From positions 1 through 64,000 of the IMG/VR virus record IMGVR_UViG_3300020037_001525: 64,000 nt of DNA. The stretch is one strand, 5' to 3'. The stretch comes from a virus (Duplodnaviria > Caudoviricetes). The notes below the pieces were generated by a model. That model worked only from the letters and a program-made list of their open reading frames with translations. It was not told where the DNA came from and made no database searches. The position numbers and the translations under genes are program-made. This document shows positions 17,535 through 25,618 of the stretch, piece after piece (position 1 is the first letter of the stretch; each line of letters opens with the position of its first letter).

Positions 17535-18591
17535 GTAACTTTTGTATTTTAGTTAACCCCTTAGTGCGTAAATTATTGTCGGTGATGTAAAGTTTACAAT
17601 AGTCAATCCAATGTTTAGCCATATCTTTCTTAGTAAGAACCAAACTTCCCTTTTGTATCTGTCCAACTGACAACTCTAAATCACTGTAATCCTGCTTCAC
17701 CTCAATCCCAGCTAATTCGAATTTGTCTTTGTTGAAAGTTTGAACCTTGTCTTTATCACCAAGCAATGTTATCCTTACATTATCTTTCTTCAACTCTGAT
17801 ATAGAATTTGATAGTTCATCCAATTGTTCAGTATCTTCAACATTAACCTTATAATGTATATATTTAGGAAATTCTGTATGTACCTTGATTGTAGTATCGT
17901 CAGAGTATAAAAGTGTAAACCCCTTATCATCTATGTTTTCTCCATAGTTAGCCTGATATGCACTTCCTATGTAGTGTATTCTCTTCGTAACATGAGATTC
18001 ATCGTGATAATGACCAACAAATACCTTAGAGAATGGCTTAAACAAGTCTCTGCTTAAATCTCCTGAAACTACACTTCCATCATTGTTCTTAACACCATTT
18101 ATAGAATGATGTGTCATTAATATGTGTTTTGTGTCATCACCGTAATTTGACATATCTTCTATCACTGTCAGTAGATGTTCCAGATATTCTGCTTCTGAAA
18201 AGTATGGAAGCATATGTATGCAAGTGTCTTCTTCTTCAATTTCTATACAGCCTGTATTGTTGAATAAGTGAAAATACTTGCTTTTCCGTTTCTCAAATAT
18301 ACTTAGATAGCTTTTGTGTACCGATTGGTCTTTCTTGTCGTGATTGCCTGCGATTGCATATATGTGTATTCCATTCTTTTCAAACATAGATATACAATCA
18401 TCAATTAGCAATAAACATTCAAGAGACTGCTTGCTTCTGTCAGTAAACCAATCTCCCAAATGAAAGACTTTATCTATGTCATTTTCTAAACAATACTTGA
18501 CACATTGACTGAATATGCTGAGAACTAAGGGTATATTGTTCTCCTTAGCATGTGTGTCTGTAATCATGAGACCTAATAAGTTTCTACTCAT
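17518..18591 (-). CDS. sbcD: SbcD/Mre11 (gp47-like) metallophosphoesterase nuclease
   Basis: TDTH, LGDWF, AGNHD, THH, GHYH motifs; likely start is the ATG at 18591 overlapping the recA stop (ATGAGTAG). Confidence 0.92.
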   Translation of the reverse strand: MSRNLLGLMITDTHAKENNIPLVLSIFSQCVKYCLENDIDKVFHLGDWFTDRSKQSLECLLLIDDCISMFEKNGIHIYAIAGNHDKKDQSVHKSYLSIFEKRKSKYFHLFNNTGCIEIEEEDTCIHMLPYFSEAEYLEHLLTVIEDMSNYGDDTKHILMTHHSINGVKNNDGSVVSGDLSRDLFKPFSKVFVGHYHDESHVTKRIHYIGSAYQANYGENIDDKGFTLLYSDDTTIKVHTEFPKYIHYKVNVEDTEQLDELSNSISELKKDNVRITLLGDKDKVQTFNKDKFELAGIEVKQDYSDLELSVGQIQKGSLVLTKKDMAKHWIDYCKLYITDNNLRTKGLTKIQKLHVESK

Positions 18592-19681
18592 CTTCATCTT
18601 CATTGCCCTTTGATGCAATAATATCCTTGTGTCTTGCTGCTAATATCTTCTTTGTTAGAATTGGCAAAGCCTTGTTCCCATTTATGTAATTATCATAGAA
18701 TTGACGCTTACTTGACCACGCTAATTTGCCACCAAGGAATGATATCTTCTTAGCACCTTCCTGTTTCAATATACCTTTGTCAATAGCATACTTGATGTCC
18801 TCAGCACTTAAAACTATGCCTATGCCTAACAGCATTTCTACATCTGTTTTGCGACGACTACCAAAATCGTTCTTCACAATCTTGACTTCTGTTATCTGTC
18901 CAACCTCAATCTCATCAATCTTAACATGCTCCTTCAATTTTAAATCCACTCTTAATGTCGGCAAATACTCTTTCCATTCACCTCCACCAGAATTTCTTTG
19001 ACCAGTGTTAAAGTCAACTGCGGTGTGGTTGATGCCTAACATAACTATGTTTCTATCATAAATCTCGGTGAGCATTGCCTTCATCATCATCTTAGCATTC
19101 TTAGCAAATGCACCCATTACAGCATGTTTTAATTCCTTCTTTGTACCTTCCTCTGTATTCTTCTGAACAATCTTCACATTCTCTTTGAACGCTTCAACCT
19201 CTTGTCGACTAAGTGTTGCTCCTATACTATCCCACATGATAAATATGTTAGGCATTGTCTTAATCTTGTTTAACTCACAGAATTCGTCAAGTTTGTTCAA
19301 TTGAATCTGAAGTTTGTAGAATAAGTCTTCTACATACTTAGATTTTATTATGATTACATTTTCTATGTCTATACCCATCTTCTTGGCATATACTTTGTTA
19401 TCCCTGTTTTCTGAAGACAGTATTATGCATATTGGGTCTTCATACGTTTCCTGATACCATTTCATAGCATGCATTGCCATTGTTGTTTTACCACTTCTAC
19501 TTCTACCAGAAATTTCTGTTAATCCCACTGGCCAACCCAGTGTTCCTAAATTTGCTTCCAATGCAGGAACACCTGTTGGACACCAAACTTGATTCTCGGA
19601 AAAGTTGTCTTTGTCAGAGAACTTTATCATCCCCTCATCAGCTTTCTTGAGTAGGGATGTTATGAATTTATTTGTAGCCAT
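18584..19681 (-). CDS. recA: RecA/UvsX-like recombinase
   Basis: PTG...L...LG..GWP.G..EISGRSRSGKTT; WDSIGA; VKIVKNDFG. Confidence 0.88.
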   Translation of the reverse strand: MATNKFITSLLKKADEGMIKFSDKDNFSENQVWCPTGVPALEANLGTLGWPVGLTEISGRSRSGKTTMAMHAMKWYQETYEDPICIILSSENRDNKVYAKKMGIDIENVIIIKSKYVEDLFYKLQIQLNKLDEFCELNKIKTMPNIFIMWDSIGATLSRQEVEAFKENVKIVQKNTEEGTKKELKHAVMGAFAKNAKMMMKAMLTEIYDRNIVMLGINHTAVDFNTGQRNSGGGEWKEYLPTLRVDLKLKEHVKIDEIEVGQITEVKIVKNDFGSRRKTDVEMLLGIGIVLSAEDIKYAIDKGILKQEGAKKISFLGGKLAWSSKRQFYDNYINGNKALPILTKKILAARHKDIIASKGNEDEDE

Positions 19682-19704
19682 GTTTATTGTTTTTACTTTG
19701 TTAT

Positions 19705-19738
19705 TAAAAAAGCACCCAAATTATTACATTTGGGTGCT
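19705..19738 (-). terminator. rho-independent terminator after the SSB gene
   Basis: AGCACCCAAAT/ATTTGGGTGCT 11-bp stem followed by a U-run on the minus strand. Confidence 0.8.
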
Positions 19739-19760
19739 GCTGTTTGCTTCTATTACACTC

Positions 19761-21044
19761 CTATTTCTTCCCCATTTTAGCTTGGATTTTTGCCCTTATT
19801 TCTTCCTTTGTCATCTTTTTCTTTGGCTCCTCATCTTCTTCATCGTCTTCTTCTTCCTCAACAACTTTCTTTGGCAAAACTTTCTTCACAATCTTCTTTG
19901 GCTCCTCTTCCTCTTCCTCTTCCTCTTCTTCAGCTTCCTCATCATCCTCCTCTTCAACAACCTTCTTTGGTATGATTTTCTTCACAGCCTTCTTTGGTGC
20001 TTCTTCTTCCTCTTCTTCAGAGTCGTCTTCTTCCTCTACAGCTTTCTTGGATACAATTTTCTTTACAACCTTCTTTGGTACTTCTTCCTCTTCCTCATCA
20101 TCTTCATCTTCATCTTCTACAACTTTCTTGAAAGTTTTCTTGGTTGATGTTTTGGCTGGACTATCATCAGAATCATCAGATGATGTTACTGTTTTCTTAA
20201 GTGTCTTGTTAAGCTTCAATTGCAAAGACTCCACTATTTCTTGAAATTCATCAGTATCAAACAACCCTATTTCATGCTTCTCATCAAAGAACCTCAACCC
20301 TTCAAGTGATTTCTCAAAGTCATCCTTACTATACATCATGATATTCAACTGGGATAGTGGTTTCTTCTTGCAATATTCCTCAACCTCATCGTCTGTAAGT
20401 GGCAATGCATTCTTGCTCAACTTAACACTGTATGATGTCTTTGTAGTTTTGCCTTTTTTCTCCTTCTTAAGAGTTACAATAACAGGTATTCCGTCATCTG
20501 GGTCTGTGAATGGGTCAAAGTCTAATGCTTCTTCTTCATCCTCTACAATGGTTTCTCTGTTCATTTGGTCTCTTATGGTCTTCTTCATATCCATCAAACC
20601 AAATTTCTTATTGCCCTCTTTCACCTTATAAGCATAACAAATCCATGATGCTTGTCTTCCAAGACCACCATCCCAAGCAGTCAATGCTTTGATTTTCTCA
20701 GACTCATCAGCATCAGTTGAATCTAAATTAGCTTTCACAAAATCAATGTACTCTTCAATGATATCTTGCTTTTGACCACCATGAATTATAGCATTTTGTA
20801 CAGTTGCTCTTTTTTCCTTACCATCATCACCAATGATTGTAAGCCAGTGAATACATCTCATTCTGTAATAAGCTGGTTCTCCTGGCAATGCAGGTAATAT
20901 CCTGAATTTGTTTGTGCCTTCATCATATTGAAGGAAATCTGAATTGGAATTGCTTGGCATCTGAGAATCCTCTTCAGACACCAATTTCTTCAATACCTTA
21001 GTTGAAGTTGGTTTTAATTGCTCTCGCAATGATTTTTCTGCCAT
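19761..21044 (-). CDS. gp32-like single-stranded DNA-binding protein with a long charge-block C-terminal tail
   Basis: EGTNKFRILPA..G..YY...H...; DPFTDPDDG...VT.K; located next to recA and the UvsY-like gene; repeated PKK.VKK..PKK.V(E/D)n tail. Confidence 0.75.
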   Translation of the reverse strand: MAEKSLREQLKPTSTKVLKKLVSEEDSQMPSNSNSDFLQYDEGTNKFRILPALPGEPAYYRMRCIHWLTIIGDDGKEKRATVQNAIIHGGQKQDIIEEYIDFVKANLDSTDADESEKIKALTAWDGGLGRQASWICYAYKVKEGNKKFGLMDMKKTIRDQMNRETIVEDEEEALDFDPFTDPDDGIPVIVTLKKEKKGKTTKTSYSVKLSKNALPLTDDEVEEYCKKKPLSQLNIMMYSKDDFEKSLEGLRFFDEKHEIGLFDTDEFQEIVESLQLKLNKTLKKTVTSSDDSDDSPAKTSTKKTFKKVVEDEDEDDEEEEEVPKKVVKKIVSKKAVEEEDDSEEEEEEAPKKAVKKIIPKKVVEEEDDEEAEEEEEEEEEEPKKIVKKVLPKKVVEEEEDDEEDEEPKKKMTKEEIRAKIQAKMGKK

Positions 21045-21087
21045 TTTGTTTTATTTTTAATGTTTAACTATGAGTTTATTTAATCGA

Positions 21088-21606
21088 TTATCTAACAACT
21101 TTAATATCTACACAATTTATACGCTTGATTTGTGTCTCAACAAGTTGTTGTTCTATGTCTCCTGCTTGGATTGACATGCTAAGTTTGTTCAACTTATCAT
21201 CTTTTGATTTCAATGACCAATAAACAGAACTAACATATTCCATTTCTTTCTGTCTTCGGTACATCAATTTCTTGGTTGCTTGGAATCCTTTATCTGAGTC
21301 AATAAGTGCCTTCAAATCTTCCACTGTTGGCTTCTTCTTTTTCTCATCAATGTGTTCTGTAATGATGCGTTCTCTACACTTTGCTTCATGTGTATTAACA
21401 CTCAACTTAGATTCATTGTACATATTAGTGACATCAGCAAGCATAATACCGAAGTGATTCAATATTATAGGTATTGTCACTAATTCTGCTGCGAGATTTG
21501 CCACATCAATCCTTAGCAACTTCTCAAGTTGTATTTCCTCTTCATTTATATTGCTTTTCAGCAACAATAAACTTCCGTCTGGTAGTGTTACCTTACTTAT
21601 TGCCAT
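21088..21606 (-). CDS. UvsY-like recombination mediator
   Basis: All-helical 172 aa (L.ID..NL..EL..IP....; KKKKPTVEDLKA.I..D); position upstream of the SSB. Confidence 0.5.
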   Translation of the reverse strand: MAISKVTLPDGSLLLLKSNINEEEIQLEKLLRIDVANLAAELVTIPIILNHFGIMLADVTNMYNESKLSVNTHEAKCRERIITEHIDEKKKKPTVEDLKALIDSDKGFQATKKLMYRRQKEMEYVSSVYWSLKSKDDKLNKLSMSIQAGDIEQQLVETQIKRINCVDIKVVR

Positions 21607-21979
21607 CTTTTATTTGTTTTGTTAAGAAATTGTTTAATTGCTCCTTCACCATTGGTACTTTCTCACTAAGAAAGTATAAGTACATAACAGAATATATAGC
21701 ATTGTCGATGAATGTATCTGCTATGTTTTCATTTGATTCTTCCGTTATTGTGCCATTGTAGAACTGCTCTAATATCCTATCAACTTTCCTTTCAAAGTTC
21801 ATCTGTGATGACAATAAACCACGTTTTTGCCATGAACCTCCATAATTCTTGTCTTTTGATACAAACAATTCAATCATCTTTGGAAACATGTCCTGCATGA
21901 ACTTCTGTACATCCTCTGTTGAATAGTTTGCCAATGGATTCATCAAATCATACTTAATCACTAAGTCTTTATTCGTCAT
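21593..21979 (-). CDS. DUF1599 / nucleotide-modification-associated domain 1 protein
   Basis: SKDKNYGGSW...G.....RKVDRI...ENIADTFIDNAIYSV. Confidence 0.7.
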   Translation of the reverse strand: MTNKDLVIKYDLMNPLANYSTEDVQKFMQDMFPKMIELFVSKDKNYGGSWQKRGLLSSQMNFERKVDRILEQFYNGTITEESNENIADTFIDNAIYSVMYLYFLSEKVPMVKEQLNNFLTKQIKDGNK

Positions 21980-21985
21980 ATGTTT

Positions 21986-22660
21986 TTATATTTTTGCTTG
22001 TTTTAAATATTGTAATATCATGCCGCATTGTTCTCTGAATTTAGCAATTCTGTATGGTTCATAGAACAATGTCTGACTATAAGCATTAAGCACCCTTCCT
22101 ATTGTTTTATCCAATCCTACTATGCTTACTGAATATAATTCTACAAAATTCTTGTTCCCTAATGTTAGCTCATTCAACTCATATTTTATACAAGCTAACC
22201 AATCTGCCATCTTCAATATCGATTCTTCCAATTCTGTGTAATCACTTTGATTCTCACAAGAAACCATTGAATCATACAACAAATGTGCCAACAACGATGG
22301 GTTCACTGAAGTCGAACTTATGCCTGTCATTTCCTCCAACAATTTATTCTCAAAGGCAGATATCAATTTCTTGAGTTCTTCTCCATTGAACGAATTATGT
22401 TTAAGGTCATACAACACGTCTCCTGTTTTGCCTTCAAGAAAATCATGGAAAGTGCATCTATCCATTATTCTCAATGTGATGTTCAAATGGTCTACTGAAT
22501 TCTTGGTAAATAAATATTCACATATCATTCTGCCAAACGCTACGACCCACCAACTATGTTGTGACACTGTTTCACCTATCACAAATGGATGAGAATTGAA
22601 GCGAACAATGTTGTCAATTTTTCTGTGTTCTGGATTGCTTAGAAAATCAGCTATGTTCAT
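21986..22660 (-). CDS. HD-domain nucleotide hydrolase (YfbR/5'-deoxynucleotidase-like)
   Basis: IVRFN.....ETVSQHSW; FHDFLEGKTGDV; KMAD. Confidence 0.85.
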   Translation of the reverse strand: MNIADFLSNPEHRKIDNIVRFNSHPFVIGETVSQHSWWVVAFGRMICEYLFTKNSVDHLNITLRIMDRCTFHDFLEGKTGDVLYDLKHNSFNGEELKKLISAFENKLLEEMTGISSTSVNPSLLAHLLYDSMVSCENQSDYTELEESILKMADWLACIKYELNELTLGNKNFVELYSVSIVGLDKTIGRVLNAYSQTLFYEPYRIAKFREQCGMILQYLKQAKI

Positions 22661-22773
22661 TAGCTTTTAATTGTTTTTACAATCAAATATCCAGATGGAA
22701 TTCCTGTACTTGATTGCGGGTTATAAATTGGTACTATTTCCTGTTTAATTACTACTTGCTCTGTCCCAGCCAT
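22660..22773 (-). CDS. small protein (37 aa)
   Basis: ATG 7 nt after the dnaE stop; TAATG overlap with the HD gene; MAGTEQVVIKQEIVPIYNPQSSTGIPSGYLIVKTIKS. Confidence 0.55.
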   Translation of the reverse strand: MAGTEQVVIKQEIVPIYNPQSSTGIPSGYLIVKTIKS

Positions 22774-22780
22774 GTTTTTG

Positions 22781-24848
22781 TTATTTCGATAAATTTATGA
22801 TTTGTGTTTTGTCATACGAATATAGTGTATTACTGCCTGAATAATCCTCAAACTTTGTCTTACCTGTAATCGCTATTAACTTTCCCTTTAACTCTGGGAT
22901 GACGTCTCTAAATTCATCGAGAACATCTTCCCACAACATAACTCTTATTAAATCGCTGTTAGAAATCAACTCCATGGTGCAGTATTGAGAACCTTTCTTG
23001 GTAGTTTTCTCAATATAGAAGTTCAAAACACCGCAAATACAAACTTCTTTGTAATCTTTGCTTCTTTGAAACTCAATGTTATTGACATACATTGACTTCA
23101 AATTGTTAAGTCCTGAATTAGACAGCATTTGCTTATAGTCAACATCCCCATATCCTGTCAATTCCTTCTGTTTGAATATCCAAAAATAATCTTTGTATAT
23201 ATCTTCTGTTTGAAATTCTTCAGGGATATCCTCTTCAAATCTATCTAAGTGTTTTAAGACTAAAGATATACGTTCGCTTGGTTTGTTTATGTATTCTAAT
23301 TCATCGAAACAGCCTGACAATATCAAATTCATCAGTGTTTTCTTGTTGACATTCTTCTTAGGTATTCTGTTTGCAAAATCATTGTATGATTTAAATGGCT
23401 TTATTGTTCGTTCTGCTATTATGTGTCTAACATTAGCTTCGCCAACCCCTTTTATTTTAGTAAGAGACCAATATATGTTCTCATTATTGCACTCAAACTT
23501 ATTTGTAGATGTATTTATTGATGGTGGTTTCAATTGTATCTCCTTATGAGTCTTGCTCATCTCTGATATCCTATACATTATTTCGTCTTCAGAAGCATGC
23601 TGTAACGACGTTGTCCAAAACTCCAATGGATAATTAGCCTTAAACCACTGTGCCCAATACGCTATTATCGCATACGCTGATGCATGACTTTTATTGAATC
23701 CATAACCACCGAATGCAAGCAATTTATTCCATATCTTAATAGCATCGTGTTTATCACAACCTCTTTCCTCTGCCCCACTTATGAACTTTTGCTGATATGT
23801 AGCCATTATGTCTTTCTGGAACTTCTTCATATTTGTACGAAAACCATCAGACTCCACTAAAGTGAAACCACCTAATGTTACAACTGATTGCATGATTTGC
23901 TCTTGGTAGATTGTTAAACCATATGTGTTCTTAGTCACATCTTCTAACATATAATCATACTTCAACTTTCGTTTGCCATGCTTAATTTCTGCAAACTCTA
24001 TATGAGCATTGCTACTCATCGCTCCTGGTCGCCACAGCGCATTCATCGCTGTAAGTTCCTCTATGTTCTCTGGCTTAACTTTCGTACTGAAATTCTTCAT
24101 TCCAGATGAATTGAACTGAAATATGTCTTCATTGCAACCTCTTGCGAATAGTCTATAAGTCTTTTTGTCATCTAATCTTATATCATCAAGCACTATATCA
24201 TCACCCTTATTAACCTTTACCATATCTATTATGGACATAAACTTGTCTAATTGTGATAATCCTAATATATCTTCCTTCAGAAATCCTGCATTGTCTGTGT
24301 ACTTCCCTTCCCATTCAGCAACCAATAAACCATCTATCATTCTTACAGGCAACCAATCGTTAACATCGTATTCTTCACCGTGTTGATTCTGTTCTGGCAG
24401 AACTAATACTGCAGAAGCATGAACTGATGATGACCTTGGCTGTTCAAGACAGAACTTAATCATATTTATGATGTCAGGATATTGTTGACAAAAATTGTAC
24501 AATCCTTTGTTCTTAGTTGCATATTTGAATATATCTTCCCACTTATAGCTTACTTGATGTCCTATTGCTTTGGTTATCAAATTGCTGTATGTGAAGTCCA
24601 AATTTCTAACTTTAGCAAAGTCCTTCAACCCTGCTTTTATTTGCAATTTCGTGTATGTTCCTACTGAGCAAGTCTGAAACTCACCGAACCTTTCACGAAT
24701 GTATCCCTTCACAACGTCTCTGTATTCGCTTGGGAAATCCACATCGATATCTGGTATTTGCGCTCCCTTTATATTTCTACAAAGGGAGCAATTGAGGCAA
24801 AGAGTCCTTGCGCATCTCTTTGCTATATTCTATTTTTTTAATTTTCAT
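22781..24848 (-). CDS. dnaE: DNA polymerase III alpha, C-terminal half (predicted ATG at 24848, then a +1 skip over the 24752-24794 insert into the PDIDVDF frame)
   Basis: PDIDVDF, KEDILGL, NALWRPG, YQEQ, YGFNKSH, HhH and OB-fold motifs; the track ORF starts at GTG 24742, downstream of the catalytic PDID; no ATG in that frame back to the TAG at 24830-24832. Confidence 0.85.
24752..24794 (-). other. candidate ribosomal bypass (coding gap): stop-containing hairpin flanked by matched codons
   Basis: CCT-CAA-T[TGCTCCCTTTGTA GAAA TATAAAGGGAGCG]CAA-ATA-CCA-GAT; 13-bp stem (two G-U) with GAAA loop; in-frame TAG at 24777-24779. Confidence 0.6.
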
Positions 24849-25602
24849 TTAATATTGTTTTCTTTCTTGTCATACCTAATCTCCAACCTTCTGGTATTGG
24901 TTCCCCAATTCTTATTGCTGTATTTGTGACTCCGTTTGTTATCCTGACCTTCCCATACATTCCATTGTTTTCTCCCTTATTCAAATCGGACTCTAATAGT
25001 TTCTTGCTTAACTTTAACTTCATTTCTTCATTCCACTTATTTCCGAAGTTGGCATTCTTGTTGCCTTTTCGACTTCCATCTGAAAATTTCTTTGATAAAT
25101 GCGTCTTTTGTTCTTCACTCCAATTGTTTCCATAGTTTGGATTCTTATCTCCAATCAACTCCCTGCCTAAGATTGATAAATTCTCCTTGTATTCAGGATT
25201 ATTCTCATATCTTTCATTGATTATGGTTCTTAGCTTATTTCTAATTTCTGGTTTGCTCATTGCTTCTCTCATCCTTGGGAGCATATACTCCCTAATTCTT
25301 GGATTTTCTATTGGTGTTCCCTGACCAAAACAATTAGCAGTACCTTCAAGCAAATTATATCCTATTTCAATATTACAAGATTTGTATTTCTTTATATAAA
25401 CCATCTCAAATGCATCTAATTCTTTCTGAGTCTTGCATTCTCTCAACAATTCCTTGACGAAATTATGCAAACCGTGTTTCTTTATGGCTTTTCTTAACAG
25501 TGTACCACTTCCTATGTATTTATTTGATTTATCAAATGGATGCTTATGTTGACCAATATAAATCTTCCCATTGACTAAGCATGTTGTCTTGTATATATAC
25601 AT
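24838..25602 (-). mobile_element. GIY-YIG homing endonuclease with NUMOD3 repeats inserted within dnaE
   Basis: YIYKTTCLVNGKIYIGQH...YIGSG..L.KAIKKHG..NF; G..NP.YG..WSEE.K..LS repeats; lies between the two dnaE halves. Confidence 0.9.
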
Positions 25603-25608
25603 AAAGAA

Positions 25609-25618
25609 TTGATAACTG
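25609..25618 (-). promoter_or_regulatory. CAGTTATCAA variant of the candidate late promoter upstream of the endonuclease
   Basis: Fills most of the 16-nt gap between the dnaE-N stop and the endonuclease ATG. Confidence 0.35.

Noticed and set aside
19605-20244. Long plus-strand ORFs (180 and 166 aa)
   Set aside because: They are antisense shadows of the low-complexity E/K tail of the SSB (poly-Ser/Phe/Leu products).
24777-24779. Amber read-through or genetic-code reassignment explaining the dnaE-C start
   Set aside because: Reading through this TAG stays in the wrong frame and hits another stop, and TAG terminates other genes normally.
24752-24829. Cys-rich peptide (CARTLCLNCSLC) in the PDID frame as a zinc finger
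   Set aside because: That frame has no ATG start and the peptide is a by-product of the two hairpins, so it is probably not real.
24743-25618. Group I intron interrupting dnaE
   Set aside because: Only 16 nt lie before the endonuclease ATG and about 90 nt after its stop. No P7 R/S core sequences were recognisable, and dnaE-C has its own coupled ATG. Not fully excluded without a covariance-model search.
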